A DNA stretch of 64,000 nucleotides, taken from NCBI GenBank assembly GCA_963744995.1, contig CAVUWA010000010.1, positions 544,001 to 608,000 on the forward strand, written 5' to 3'. Shown piece after piece: positions 44,637 through 56,476 of the stretch (the first letter of the stretch is position 1; each line of letters opens with the position of its first letter). The DNA comes from Candidatus Eiseniibacteriota bacterium (GTDB taxonomy: Bacteria > Eisenbacteria > RBG-16-71-46). Both the position numbers and the translations under genes were made by a program. The notes beneath the pieces are model-generated. The model did not search any database and was not told where the DNA came from. It was given only the letters and a program-made list of their open reading frames with translations.

Positions 44637-45772
44637 CGTGCGAGTTCCTCCAGCCGGCTGCCGAGGCCGGCGACTTTGGCGACCGCGAGCAGCGCCATGA
44701 TCACGTACACCTTCTTCTGCGCCTGGCGCGCGACGTTCAGCTGATGGCGGCGCATGACGCCGGGCGACACCTCGTCGCCGATGTCGGCGGGCAGACAGTG
44801 CATGTACAACGCGTCGCCGTCCGCGGTCAGCGCCATGCGGCGCTCGTCACAGATCCAGTCGCGGTGCTGCGCGTTGCGCGCCAGCGCACGCGCCTCGATG
44901 CCCTTCATGGCCTCCCGGTCGTGCGCCCGGTTCGCGGCCACGCGCTCGCGCATCAGATCGAGCGGCCCCCAGCTCTTCGGGTACACGATGTCCGCGCCGT
45001 CGAATGCCTCCTCCATCGAGTGGACGGTGCGGAACGAGCCGCCCGATCCCGAGGCGTGGCGCAGCGCCGCCGTGAGCGGCTCGTCGGTCAGGCCGTATCC
45101 CTCCGGGTGCGCGAGCGTCACGTGCGCCCCGTAGCGGGTGAGCAGGCTCACCAGCCCCTGCGGCACCGAGAGCGGCTTCGCATAGCTCGGCGAATACGCC
45201 CAGGTCACCGCGATGCGGCGCCCCTCGAGCGAGCCGAAGCGCTCCTTGAGCCAGGCGAGATCCGCGAGCGTCTGGGTCGGATGGTCCACGTCGCACTGCA
45301 GGTTCACGAGCGGCACCTGCCGCCGGTCGCCGATCGCGCCCAGGTATTCGTCGAGGCCGCGGCGCACGTCGCGCATGAAGGACTGGCCTTCGCCGAGGAT
45401 CAGGTCGTGGCGCACGCCGAGCGCATGGGCGTTCATGCCGAGCATCGCGCCGGTCTCCGCGGCGGTCTCGCCGTGCTCGACCTGCGTGGTGCCGCCGTCC
45501 ACGATCACCGGATGCATGCCGAGCCGGGCCGCCGCGCCCGCCCAGGCCGACTTGGTACGGGTCGAGTTGTCGAAGAACAGAGCGTAGGCGAGCTCGTTCG
45601 GCAGCATGTCGAGCGGACGGCCGGCACGATCCGCCGCCTCGAGCCGTGCGGCCACGGCGAGCAGCGTGTCGAGCTCCTCCGTGCGCCAGTCGGAGGTCAG
45701 CAACAGGCTGCGGCCGTGGAGCGAGTCGACGTGCGCCGCGTCGAGCCCGCCGGAAGCGGTGGTCGGGTTCAT
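44633..45772 (-). CDS. ygeW: YgeW-like knotted carbamoyltransferase
   Basis: DNSTRT, QVEHGET, NLQCDVDHPTQTLAD, TWAYSPSYAKPLSVPQG, DIVYPKSW, YMHCLPADI. Confidence 0.93.
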   Translation of the reverse strand: MNPTTASGGLDAAHVDSLHGRSLLLTSDWRTEELDTLLAVAARLEAADRAGRPLDMLPNELAYALFFDNSTRTKSAWAGAAARLGMHPVIVDGGTTQVEHGETAAETGAMLGMNAHALGVRHDLILGEGQSFMRDVRRGLDEYLGAIGDRRQVPLVNLQCDVDHPTQTLADLAWLKERFGSLEGRRIAVTWAYSPSYAKPLSVPQGLVSLLTRYGAHVTLAHPEGYGLTDEPLTAALRHASGSGGSFRTVHSMEEAFDGADIVYPKSWGPLDLMRERVAANRAHDREAMKGIEARALARNAQHRDWICDERRMALTADGDALYMHCLPADIGDEVSPGVMRRHQLNVARQAQKKVYVIMALLAVAKVAGLGSRLEELAR

Positions 45773-46752
45773 GCGTTCTCCTTGACGATGCGGGTGCCCG
45801 CGCGGCCCTCGAAGGCCTCGACGAGCGCGCCGGGTGCACAGATCACGACTTCTTCACCGCCGCGCTCCAGGAAGTATGCGGCGGCCTCTACCTTGGGGCC
45901 CATGCTGCCGGGCGGGAACTCGCCCGCGGCGGACAGCGCTTTGATCTCTTCCACCGTCACGCGGCCGAGCGCCTGCGGGTGAGCGGAGTGGAAGTCGCGG
46001 TAGACCGCGTCCACACCGGTGGTGACGAACATGCGGCGCACGCCGAGACGGGCCGCGAGCAGCGCGCTCGCGCGATCCTTGTCGATCACCGCTTCGAGGC
46101 CACGCACGTGCCCGGCGTCGTCGCGCATCACCGGAATCCCGCCGCCGCCGCAGGCGATCACCGTGACGCCGGCGTCCACGAGGCGGCGGATCGTATCGAG
46201 CTGGACGATCCGGATCGGGGCCGGCGACGGCACGACGCGCCGCCAGCCGCGATGCGAATCCTCGGCCATGTCCCAGCCGCGCTCGCGCTGCAGCGCCCCG
46301 GCCTCGTCCTCGGTGTAGAAGCGACCGACCGGCTTCGTCGGCTCCCCGAACGCGCGGTCGTGCGGATCCACTTCGACCTCGGTCACCAGCGTGACGACTT
46401 CGGTATCGAGGCCGCGCCGCCTGAGGCACTCACGCAGGTCGCGCTGGATCATGTAGCCGATCGCGCCCTGCGAATCGGCGACCAGCGAATCGAGCGGAAC
46501 GGGGTGAATGTCCTGGCGCGAGAGCTCGACGCGCAGCTGCATGAATCCTACCTGCGGCCCATTGCCGTGGGTGAGCAGGAGGTGCTCGCCGCGCGCGAGC
46601 ATCTCGGCAATCGGAGCCACCGCGCGGGCGGTGACTTCGAACTGATTCTCCACTGTAGGCGGCCGCGCGGGATCCAGCAGCGAGTTTCCCCCCATCGCGA
46701 TGAGCGTGGGCGGGAAGGATCGCGGCGCGGCACCGACGTTCTCGGAAGACAT
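45769..46752 (-). CDS. arcC: Carbamate kinase (ArcC/YqeA)
   Basis: AMGGNSL, THGNGPQVG, SQGAIGY, PTKPVG, GWRRVVPSP, CGGGGIPV, EAVIDKD, GSMGPKV. Confidence 0.95.
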   Translation of the reverse strand: MSSENVGAAPRSFPPTLIAMGGNSLLDPARPPTVENQFEVTARAVAPIAEMLARGEHLLLTHGNGPQVGFMQLRVELSRQDIHPVPLDSLVADSQGAIGYMIQRDLRECLRRRGLDTEVVTLVTEVEVDPHDRAFGEPTKPVGRFYTEDEAGALQRERGWDMAEDSHRGWRRVVPSPAPIRIVQLDTIRRLVDAGVTVIACGGGGIPVMRDDAGHVRGLEAVIDKDRASALLAARLGVRRMFVTTGVDAVYRDFHSAHPQALGRVTVEEIKALSAAGEFPPGSMGPKVEAAAYFLERGGEEVVICAPGALVEAFEGRAGTRIVKENA

Positions 46753-46798
46753 CAGGCGTTCTCCTCGAATACTGCGTTCGGATGAACGCCGCTTGAAC

Positions 46799-46814
46799 AG
46801 CGAGATTCGTGCCG
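46799..46814 (-). promoter_or_regulatory. Putative sigma54 (-24/-12) promoter for the arcC-ygeW...ygfK operon
   Basis: Minus strand cGGCACGAATCTCGCT: GG-N10-GC, about 47 nt upstream of the ATG, with a GAGGAG RBS in between. Confidence 0.65.
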
Positions 46815-46887
46815 CGTGCCATGGCCGGCGATCCCCGCGTGAGAAGCCCGTTTACAGGGGCCGCCGAGGACGCGGACGCGTTCCCGG

Positions 46888-46922
46888 CTGCCGCCGCGGC
46901 AGGGGCACTGCCAGCATGGCAG
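46888..46922. promoter_or_regulatory. Tandem palindromic operator/UAS, CTGCC-N5-GGCAG x2
   Basis: CTGCCgccgcGGCAG (46888-46902) and CTGCCagcatGGCAG (46908-46922), offset by 20 bp, between two divergent sigma54-like promoters. Confidence 0.6.
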
Positions 46923-47045
46923 TCGTGCGGGTGGGCGCGAGCCGCGCGGCCCCGCCCGCCGGCCGGGGTCGCCGTGGCCGGAACCCGATGGGGCGCGCGG
47001 GCGCCGCGCGCGCGGGGCCCGGGCGGGACGCGCCGCCCGGGATGC

Positions 47046-47061
47046 GGGCGCGGATCTTGCC
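47046..47061 (+). promoter_or_regulatory. Putative sigma54 (-24/-12) promoter for the PLP-enzyme pair
   Basis: gGGCGCGGATCTTGCc: GG-N10-GC with canonical TTGC, 60 nt upstream of ATG 47121. Confidence 0.6.
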
Positions 47062-47120
47062 CTCTCCCGCACGTCAGCATCATTCTTCCCATTCGTCGCA
47101 CACCGCAGAGGAAGTTCCAC

Positions 47121-48613
<1,493 letters not shown>

Positions 48614-48617
<4 letters not shown>

Positions 48618-50083
48618 GCGCCCCCGCCGTGCGGCTCACGTGCGCGGGATGCGGGCGCGAAGCGACGGGCCCGTATCCGTTCCGCTGCGTGTCCGCGGAC
48701 GGCGACGACGTGGATCACGTCGTCACGCCGGTGCTCGACCGCGCCCGGCTCGCTTTTCCGGCGCCTGACGGCGCGCGCCCGTTCGTTCGCTTCCGCCGCC
48801 TCACGCACGCCTACGAGCTCGCCACGGCCACGGGCCTGTGCGACGGCGAATTCGTGACGCTGGTCGAGCGACTCGAGGAGCGTGTCGCGGCCGTGGACGG
48901 CCGCATGTTCGAGGCGACGCCGTTCGCCCCGCGGCCGCGGCTGGCCGCGCGCTTCGGTCTCGCGCCCGGGGCGCTGTGGGTCAAGAACGAGACCGTCAAC
49001 GTGTCCGGGACCCACAAGGCGCGCCACCTGTTCGCGATCCTCCTGTACCTCGAGGTCAGCGAGCGTGGCGGACTCGTCACCCGCGCCGAGAACGACCGCC
49101 GCGGGCTCGCGATCGCCAGCTGCGGCAACGCCGCGCTCGCCGCCGCGGTGCTGGCGCGCGCAACCGGGCGACCGCTGTCGGTGTTCATCCCCGAGGACGC
49201 CGATCCGCCCGTCGTCGCGCGGTTGCACGCGCTGGGCGCTGCCGTGCACGTGTGCCCGCGCGACGCCGGCGTGCCGGGCGATCCCACGGTTCGCGCGTTC
49301 CGTCGTGCGGTCGAGGGGGGTGCGATTCCATTCTGCTGCCAGGGCAGCGAGAACGGTCTCAACATCGAAGGCGGCAAGACGCTCGGCTGGGAGATCGCCG
49401 CGGCGCTCGCGGAGGCGGGCGCCGCGCCGCAGCGCTGCTTCGTGCAGGTCGGCGGCGGCGCGCTCGCCAGCGCACTCGTGCAGGGGCTCGAGGACGCGGT
49501 CGCCTTCGGCGTGCTGCCGCGCCTGCCGCGGCTTCACCCCGTGCAGACCTGCGCGGTGCACCCGCTGCGCCGCGCGTGGGAAGGGGTGCGGGCGACCACG
49601 CTGGGCGACGACGCGCCGCCCGGCATGGCGGAGCCGGTGGATCCGTGCGCGGCGCTCGACCTGCGCTCCCTCGCCGCGAGCGACGCGTCATCCGCGGCGC
49701 GCATGTGCGAACCCGCACGCGCAGGCGCGGTGCGCGAAGCCCTCGCAGATGCGCGGCGGCATCGCTCGCGGTTCATGTGGCCGTGGGAGTCGCCGCGGCC
49801 GAGCGCGGCGCATGCGATGCTCGACGATGAGACCTACGACTGGCAGGCGGTCGTCGCCGGCACGATCAGGAGCGGCGGATGGCCGGTCGTGGTGTCCGAG
49901 CCCGTGCTCGCCGAGGCGCGGGCCTGGGCCCACGAGGCGACCGGCATCGCGGTGAGCGCCACGGGCGCCGCCGGGCTCGCCGGTCTCATCGCACTGCGCT
50001 CGGCCGGCGCGATCGGCGACGACGAGAGCGCGGTGCTGCTGTTCACCGGCGCCGAGCGCTCGGACCCGGCCGCCTCGTCCTGA
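48614..50083 (+). CDS. Threonine synthase-like fold-type II PLP enzyme
   Basis: TTG start overlapping the upstream TGA; CAGC..YPFRC N-terminus, [40 protein letters not shown]. Confidence 0.82.
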
Positions 50084-50385
50084 GGCAGCGCAGCGGTCGC
50101 GTGGCGGGCTCAGGCGGGGCCCGCTCGAGCCAGCAACGAGGTCCTGTGCCGCGCCCCCGCGCGTCGACGTCGCCGGGGGACGCCGGCGCGGCTGCCTGCG
50201 GCGGCGCGCCGCGCAGCGGGTTGCACCCTGCACGATCGTGGCGGCACGGCGGGCGGGAAACGAGCCGGGTGGCGACCGCGTTGCGAGAAGCCATTCACCG
50301 GGCGGCACGGGCGCCGGGTATGATGGAAGCCCGCCGCACCGGCCCCCCCGCCCGCCGGTCACGAAGCCCCCCGTGGAGACCGCAC

Positions 50386-51528
50386 TTGAAGGCTGCTCTG
50401 ATGCCGGCGTGCGCCTGTGCGCTCGCCCTGATGCCCGGGTCCGCCGCCGCGCATCTGCTGGTGACCGAGGTCGGGTACGACCCGGTGATCGAAACCGGTG
50501 CGACCGCCGAGTTCGTGGAGATCCTGAATCCGGGACCCGCGCCGGTGAACCTGGCCGATGTCTGGCTCGCGAACGACGAGGAAGCCTATCCGCTGCTCGT
50601 CAACGGTCCGATCACCTCCGGGATCACCTATGGCGACTTCGTGTACCGGTTTCCCGCCGTCATCCTCGATCCGGGGAGGATCGTCGTCGTATGCCACGAC
50701 AGCGACGCGTTCCTGGCCGAGCACTTCGCGGGCGCGCCGCTCTCGGCGTTCGCCGCACAACCGGGGGAGCCGCTCATGTTCGAAATCACCGACGACGGCG
50801 AGAGCGACGGCGTGCCGGCGATGCTGGACTGGGGAAGCAATCCCGCGCGCACCATGAGCCTGGCCAACAACGGCGAGTGCGTGGGACTCGCCACGTGGGA
50901 CGGAGCGAGCGACCGGGTGCAGGACCTCGACTGGGTCTGCTGGCTCACGGACACCTACATCCCCAACAAGGACGTGGATTTCCCGTTCGGCATCGACGGC
51001 CCCGACCCGGACTACGACGGCAGCTTCTTCCTGGAGGATCTCGGCACCGGCGTCCCGGCGCCGGACGCCGCCGAGGGCCAGTCGATTCACCGCACGCGTC
51101 TCGACGAACCCGGCGAGGCAGCGGGCGGCGGCAACGGCGTGGGCGGCCACGACGAGACCACCGAGGACTGGTCGGGCTGGGAGACCGGTGCGCCGACGCC
51201 GGGGACGAACGCGACCGGCGCGGTCGGCATCGCCGCGCCGCCGGCGGTGTCCACGCTGCGCCTCACCGGTGCGCTGCCCAACCCTTCCCGCGGCACGACG
51301 CGGATCCGCTTCGCCCTTCCCGCCGCCGCGGAGATCGCGCTCAACGTCTACGATGCGGGCGGCCGCCGCATCGCGCGGCTGGCCTGCGGTCCGTTCGGCG
51401 CGGGCGAGCACACCGTCTCCTGGAACGGGCGCACCGCGGCGGATGCGCCCGCGGGCGCAGGTCTGTATTTCATCACGCTCGAATCCCACGGGCTCAGGCG
51501 CGCGGCGAGCTTCGTCCTGCTCCGCTAG
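50386..51528 (+). CDS. Secreted lamin-tail-domain protein with C-terminal FlgD-type Ig domain
   Basis: LLVTEVGYDP..AEFVEILNP..VNL LTD motif, SLANNGE, PTPG; PNPSRGTTRIRFAL..VYDAGGRRI..WNG..AGLYF; start uncertain (TTG after GGAG, or ATG 50401). Confidence 0.8.
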   Translation: MKAALMPACACALALMPGSAAAHLLVTEVGYDPVIETGATAEFVEILNPGPAPVNLADVWLANDEEAYPLLVNGPITSGITYGDFVYRFPAVILDPGRIVVVCHDSDAFLAEHFAGAPLSAFAAQPGEPLMFEITDDGESDGVPAMLDWGSNPARTMSLANNGECVGLATWDGASDRVQDLDWVCWLTDTYIPNKDVDFPFGIDGPDPDYDGSFFLEDLGTGVPAPDAAEGQSIHRTRLDEPGEAAGGGNGVGGHDETTEDWSGWETGAPTPGTNATGAVGIAAPPAVSTLRLTGALPNPSRGTTRIRFALPAAAEIALNVYDAGGRRIARLACGPFGAGEHTVSWNGRTAADAPAGAGLYFITLESHGLRRAASFVLLR

Positions 51529-51681
51529 CAGCGCTCTGCGGGGAACTCCCGCGCGGGGTTTCATTTCGCGGCGACCGTGTTACATTGCGGCCCTCATGGA
51601 TGAGATCCTCCGCACGTTGCATGCCGCGCCGATGTCGCGCGTCACCGCCGCCCGCTTTCCGGCCATGAGGCGCCCCTCCTG

Positions 51682-52938
51682 ATGCGGCGACTCGGGCGCG
51701 CGCCCCTGGTGGTCGGCGCCGTGGCGCTCGCCGCGGCCGCCCTGTCGCTGGCGCCGATGATCATCCGGCACGACGACGACCTGATCCACCGCCCGCCGCC
51801 CGTGCCGCCCCGCGAGATCGTGTTCGACACGCTCGGCCGCGGCATGGCGCTCGCGGACCTGATGGCGGCGAACGGGCTCGACGGGCAGGCGATCTACGAG
51901 ATCACCGAGGTGATCCGCGCCTACAAGAAGCCGCGCACGCTGCGCCCCGGCGCGGTGATGCGCTTCTCCGGTGCGCCCGGGGTGACGCCCGACCGCGTGA
52001 ACCTTCGGATCAATCCGGACACCACGCTGCGCATGATCCGATCCGACTCGACGTGGACGGCGCGCCTCGAGGTCGCGCCGCTCGTCGTGGACACCGTACG
52101 GCTCTCGGGCGTGATCACCTCGAGCCTGTGGAACGCCGAGCTCGGCGGCGACGCGGCGCGGCTCGAGCCCGGTGGGTTCCAGGAGATGGTCTACGACCTC
52201 GCCGACGTCTTCGCCTGGAAAGTGGACTTCACCCGCGACATCCGCACGGGCGACGCGTTCCGCGTGGCGATCGAGCGCGAGGTGCGCCCCGACGGTTCGG
52301 TGAAGAGCCGCCACTTCCTCGCGGTCGAGCTCGTCAATCAGGGCAAGGTGTGGCAGGCGATTCCGTACCCGCGCGAGGGCGGGCGGATCGCCTTCTTCGA
52401 CCCCGAAGGCGGCTCGCTGCGCGGCGCGTTCATGCGCTACCCCGTGCCCTATCGGATCACCAGCGGATTCTCGCGGCACCGCTACCACCCGATCCTCAAG
52501 CGCTATCGCGCCCACCAGGGCACCGACTATGGCGCACCCCGGGGCACGCCGGTGCACGCGACCGCCTCGGGGACCGTGACGCGCGCCGGCTGGTGGGGCG
52601 GCTACGGGCGCGCGGTGGAGATCCGCCACATGAACGGCATCCGCACGCGCTACGCACATCTGAGCGCGATCGCGGCCGGCATTCATCCCGGAGCGCGCGT
52701 CGGCCAGGGGCAGGTGATCGGCCGCGTCGGTTCGACGGGACTCGCAACGGCGCCACACCTCCACTACGAGTTCCTGCAGAACGGCGCGCACCGCAATCCC
52801 ATGTCGGTGAGCCTGCCGGCCGAGCCCGGGCTCGAAAAGGAGCGCATGGCCGATTTCCGCCGCCGCCGTGACCTCGCGCTCGCGCTGCTCCACGGCGTCC
52901 GGCCGCCGGGCACACCGCTCGCGTCGGCGAAGCCCTGA
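51682..52938 (+). CDS. M23 family peptidoglycan DD-endopeptidase (MepM-like)
   Basis: RITSGF..RYHPIL, HQGTDYGA (HxxxD), YAHLS, ATAPHLHYE (HxH). Confidence 0.93.
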   Translation: MRRLGRAPLVVGAVALAAAALSLAPMIIRHDDDLIHRPPPVPPREIVFDTLGRGMALADLMAANGLDGQAIYEITEVIRAYKKPRTLRPGAVMRFSGAPGVTPDRVNLRINPDTTLRMIRSDSTWTARLEVAPLVVDTVRLSGVITSSLWNAELGGDAARLEPGGFQEMVYDLADVFAWKVDFTRDIRTGDAFRVAIEREVRPDGSVKSRHFLAVELVNQGKVWQAIPYPREGGRIAFFDPEGGSLRGAFMRYPVPYRITSGFSRHRYHPILKRYRAHQGTDYGAPRGTPVHATASGTVTRAGWWGGYGRAVEIRHMNGIRTRYAHLSAIAAGIHPGARVGQGQVIGRVGSTGLATAPHLHYEFLQNGAHRNPMSVSLPAEPGLEKERMADFRRRRDLALALLHGVRPPGTPLASAKP

Positions 52939-52987
52939 CGCCCACGGCGCGCGGTGCGATGGCCCCGGCAGGTGCGGGCGATCGGCT

Positions 52988-53926
52988 TCAGTCGCGGACG
53001 GTGAACGCCTGCGGCAGCGACACGTTCTCGAGCAGCAGCGTCGCCTCGCTGACCGCCGAGGTCGGCGGATCGGCCGCGGTGAGGCCGTCCCGCTCGTAGA
53101 CGTAGACCGGTCCGACGCCGGGAGCCCACACCACGCGGCCGTAGTCGAACCTCCGCGTGTAGCCGAACACGCTGCCGTTCTCGTCGGTCACTGCCGTGAC
53201 GCCGTAGTCCATGAGGTAGTGGACGTCGAGCGCGTCCTCCCTGCGGAATCCCGCGACGTCGACGTTCACCGTCTGCCAGGCCCGGGCGCGCATCACGACG
53301 TCATCGGCGAGCCCGGGCAGCAGACGGGCCTGCCACGCGGTGCGGTCGGCCAGCGAACCGTCGAGATAGATCCACACCGGCTCGGTGGACGCTTCTCCAT
53401 AGAGCCCGATCCGCGAGCCGTCGAGCCGCCATGTTCCACCCCGAAGCAGCCGCGGCACCCCGAACACGCCGTTCGCGGCGGCCGTGCCGGGCGGGCGGGC
53501 GCGCGTGGCCACGGGGATCGGGTACGGCGTGACCGCGGCCAGCAGCGCCTGGCCGCGAACCCCCGAACCCGTCGTCATGCTGTCCTGAAAGGTGAGCACG
53601 TAGCCGCTGGTCGTTTCCTGGACGAGCGTGAACGACGGCGGCGTTTCGAGCAGGGCCGCGACCTGATCGAGGGTCACCCCGGGCACCTCGCCGGGGGTCG
53701 GGTACACCACGGTGGAAGGCGTGGTTGCGGCCCGCGCCACGAAGCGGTACTCGAACGCGCGTCCGTTCTCGTGCGGCCAGGCGTCGGCCGCGGCGATCGG
53801 GATGATCGGGTTCGTCCCGGCCGGTGCCGTCGGCGCATCATCCTTCCCGCAGCCGGCCGTGAGCAGGATCGCGCATGCGAGCCACGCCGCGCCCGCGGTC
53901 CTCGCCGGAATCCGGATCTCGCCCAT
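52988..53926 (-). CDS. Hypothetical lipoprotein
   Basis: Lipobox LLTAG|C; beta-rich body ending in WAPGVGPV. Confidence 0.7.
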   Translation of the reverse strand: MGEIRIPARTAGAAWLACAILLTAGCGKDDAPTAPAGTNPIIPIAAADAWPHENGRAFEYRFVARAATTPSTVVYPTPGEVPGVTLDQVAALLETPPSFTLVQETTSGYVLTFQDSMTTGSGVRGQALLAAVTPYPIPVATRARPPGTAAANGVFGVPRLLRGGTWRLDGSRIGLYGEASTEPVWIYLDGSLADRTAWQARLLPGLADDVVMRARAWQTVNVDVAGFRREDALDVHYLMDYGVTAVTDENGSVFGYTRRFDYGRVVWAPGVGPVYVYERDGLTAADPPTSAVSEATLLLENVSLPQAFTVRD

Positions 53927-54029
53927 GCGCCGAGTCTACTCCCCGGGCGGCCGCGGGGCAGCGGAGGACCGCCGCCTTGCCACAGCCCGCTCGAACCGGG
54001 CATGCTCCACGGTTGTGAGAGGACTCCCC

Positions 54030-54434
54030 GTGCAGGCACATGCGACGTTTTCGATCGACCCGTGGGACGAGCAGCCCGGCGAGCGGATTCCGGGCGGCCA
54101 TGACCTGAGCCGCGCCACCGTGCGCAGGACCTTCCGCGGCGACCTCGAAGGCACCAGCGCCGCGGGGTTGCTCATGTCGAAGGGCGAGGATGGCAGCGCC
54201 GCCTGCGTGGCGATGGAGCGGATCGAAGCGCGCCTCGCGGGGCGCACCGGGACGTTCGTCCACATGCACGCCGCGATTGCGGATGCCGGCGGCCGGCACG
54301 GCGACTGGCGGGTCGTTCCCGGGCCGGCCACCGGGGGACTCGAGGGCCTGAGCGGCCGGGCGGAATACCGTCACGACGAGGCCGGCGCCACATTCACCAT
54401 GGACTACGCACTCGAAGGGAGCGAAGCAGGATGA
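54030..54434 (+). CDS. DUF3224 family protein
   Basis: ATFSIDPWDE, TFRGDLEGTS, GRTGTFV..H, VVPGPATGGLEGLSG; GTG start. Confidence 0.85.
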   Translation: MQAHATFSIDPWDEQPGERIPGGHDLSRATVRRTFRGDLEGTSAAGLLMSKGEDGSAACVAMERIEARLAGRTGTFVHMHAAIADAGGRHGDWRVVPGPATGGLEGLSGRAEYRHDEAGATFTMDYALEGSEAG

Positions 54435-55747
54435 GCAACGAAGAACGACAGGGGCCCGAAGAGGCGACCGAGCGCGACGAGGACGCGCCATCGGCGGAAT
54501 TCGCGCAGGCCCTCGAAGCCTACGAACGGGATTCGGGCAAGGGCGCGCCCCCGTCCACCGACATCCAGCCCGGCATGAAGGTCAAGGGCACGATCGTCAC
54601 TATCGGGGACGAGTGGCTGACGATCGACTTCGGTGGCCGCAGCGAAGGCGTCGCGAAGGCGCAGGCCTTCCGCAACGAAGACGGCACGCTGCGGGTCGCG
54701 GTCGGCGACGCGCTCGACATGTTCGTCGTGGAAAGCGGCGACCAGATCGTCCTCGCCTCCTCCATGCGTACGGAGGGCCACGACGCGTCGCGCCAGCTGC
54801 GTGAGGCGAAGGCCTCCGGGCTCCCTGTGACGGGTCGCGTCACGGGCGTCAATGCCGGCGGCCTCGAGGTACAGCTCGGCGGCTCGCGCGGCTTCTGCCC
54901 GATGTCCCAGATCGAATCCGGGTTCTGCGAGGACCCGACCGTGTACGTCGGCCGGTCGCTCGAGTTCCTCGTCACCTCGATCGAGGAGGGCCGCGGCAAC
55001 GCGGTCCTGTCGCGCAAGAAGCTGCTGCGCCGCGAGGAACAGGCGAAGGCGAAGCAGATGCTCGCGAGCCTCAAGCCGGGCGACGAAATCGACGGCGCGG
55101 TCGCGCGCCTCGAGCCCTTCGGCGCGTTCGTGGACCTCGGCGGAGTCGACGGCCTCGTCCATGTTTCCGAAATCAGCCACGAGCACGTGGGCCATCCGAA
55201 TCAGGCGCTGAAGCCGGGCGACAAAGTGCACGTGAAGGTGCTGCGCATCGAGAAGGACAAGAAGGGCCGGATGCGCATCGGGCTCTCGATCAAGGCCTGC
55301 GCGCCCGATCCGTGGGAATCCGTCGCCGCGCGCTTCCCCGCCGGCACGCGGGTGAGCGGCACGGTCGCGCGACTCACCGACTTCGGCGCGTTCGTCACGC
55401 TCGCCCCCGGAATCGACGGACTCATCCACGTCTCGCAGGCCGCGGACCATCGCGTCGAGCACGTGCGCGAAGTCCTGAAGCCCGGCCAGCCGGTCGAGGT
55501 CCACGTGCTGAACGTGGACCCCGCGCGGCGCCGCGTCTCGCTGTCTTTGCGCGAGAGCCCCGAGGCCTCGAAGGCGACGCTCGACGTTCCGCCTGCGCGC
55601 TCGAGGTCCGCGAAGAAGCACGGCTCGCGCGGCGGTGCGCAGGGTGGCACGCACGAGAAGCCGCCTGCGAAGAAGGAGCCCGAAGAGCTCACGACGATGG
55701 CGATCGCGCTGCGCAAGGCGATGGCCGAGGCGAAGCGCAAGCAGTAA
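54431..55747 (+). CDS. Ribosomal protein S1-like RNA-binding protein with four S1 domains
   Basis: GGRSEG, GFCPMSQI, FGAFVDLGGVDGLVHVSEIS, DFGAFV..GIDGLIHVSQ. Confidence 0.88.
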   Translation: MSNEERQGPEEATERDEDAPSAEFAQALEAYERDSGKGAPPSTDIQPGMKVKGTIVTIGDEWLTIDFGGRSEGVAKAQAFRNEDGTLRVAVGDALDMFVVESGDQIVLASSMRTEGHDASRQLREAKASGLPVTGRVTGVNAGGLEVQLGGSRGFCPMSQIESGFCEDPTVYVGRSLEFLVTSIEEGRGNAVLSRKKLLRREEQAKAKQMLASLKPGDEIDGAVARLEPFGAFVDLGGVDGLVHVSEISHEHVGHPNQALKPGDKVHVKVLRIEKDKKGRMRIGLSIKACAPDPWESVAARFPAGTRVSGTVARLTDFGAFVTLAPGIDGLIHVSQAADHRVEHVREVLKPGQPVEVHVLNVDPARRRVSLSLRESPEASKATLDVPPARSRSAKKHGSRGGAQGGTHEKPPAKKEPEELTTMAIALRKAMAEAKRKQ

Positions 55748-55819
55748 CCACTGCCGGGCGTGGCGGCCCGACCAGGCGGCCGCCGCCCGCTGCGGGCGTG
55801 GCGCCGCGCGGCCGCCGGG

Positions 55820-56248
55820 TCAGGCCTTCACGAGTCCCACGTCGAGCGTCATCGGCACCGCGGCCAGCGCGCGCGAGACGATGCAGCCGGTTTTGGTCTC
55901 CTCCGCCACGCGCTCGAATTCCGCGGGATCGAGCCCCGGCACGTCGCCGCGCGTGACGAGGTCGATGCGGGTGATCGAGAAACCCTTGTCGTCCTTTTCG
56001 AGGTTCACGGTCGCGGTCGTGAAGACACTCTTCACCGTGTGACCCGCGCCCGCGAGCGCGGCGGCCAGCGCCATCGAGAAGCAGCCGGCATGGGCGGCTC
56101 CGATCAGCTCCTCCGGGTTCGTGCCGGGACCGTCTTCGAACCGGCTCGCAAAAGCGTACGGGCCTTCAAAGGCGCCGCTGGCGAGCTTGACGCGGCCCTT
56201 GCCGCTCTTGAGATCTCCGCTCCAGCGGGCTTCCGAGGTGCGCTTCAT
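55820..56248 (-). CDS. osmC: OsmC family peroxiredoxin
   Basis: ARWSGDLKSGKG, SRFEDGPGTNPEELIGAAHAGCFSMAL, CIVSRAL; GGAGG RBS. Confidence 0.95.
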   Translation of the reverse strand: MKRTSEARWSGDLKSGKGRVKLASGAFEGPYAFASRFEDGPGTNPEELIGAAHAGCFSMALAAALAGAGHTVKSVFTTATVNLEKDDKGFSITRIDLVTRGDVPGLDPAEFERVAEETKTGCIVSRALAAVPMTLDVGLVKA

Positions 56249-56476
56249 GAGATGCCTCCTGTGGATGGAACTGCGTCGATCGCGGCCCTGACGTCGCTGC
56301 CAACCTAGCATCGAGGCGCCGCGGCGACGAACGGCCTCCGGCGCCCGCGCGAACGGCCTTTTCGGCTGCGCTGCACGGACCGTTCGGTCTAAGATGCACG
56401 GCTGGCCCGCGTCTCCGTCGCCCTTTCCCCGGACGCGCTTCCCCGCGCTCCGGGCGACACTCCTGGAGGCCCGTTC

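Noticed and set aside
37256..46752. Selenocysteine (UGA) read-through in the selenium-associated cluster
   Set aside because: All genes are complete without an internal TGA and stops fall at plausible C-termini; no SECIS-type evidence seen.
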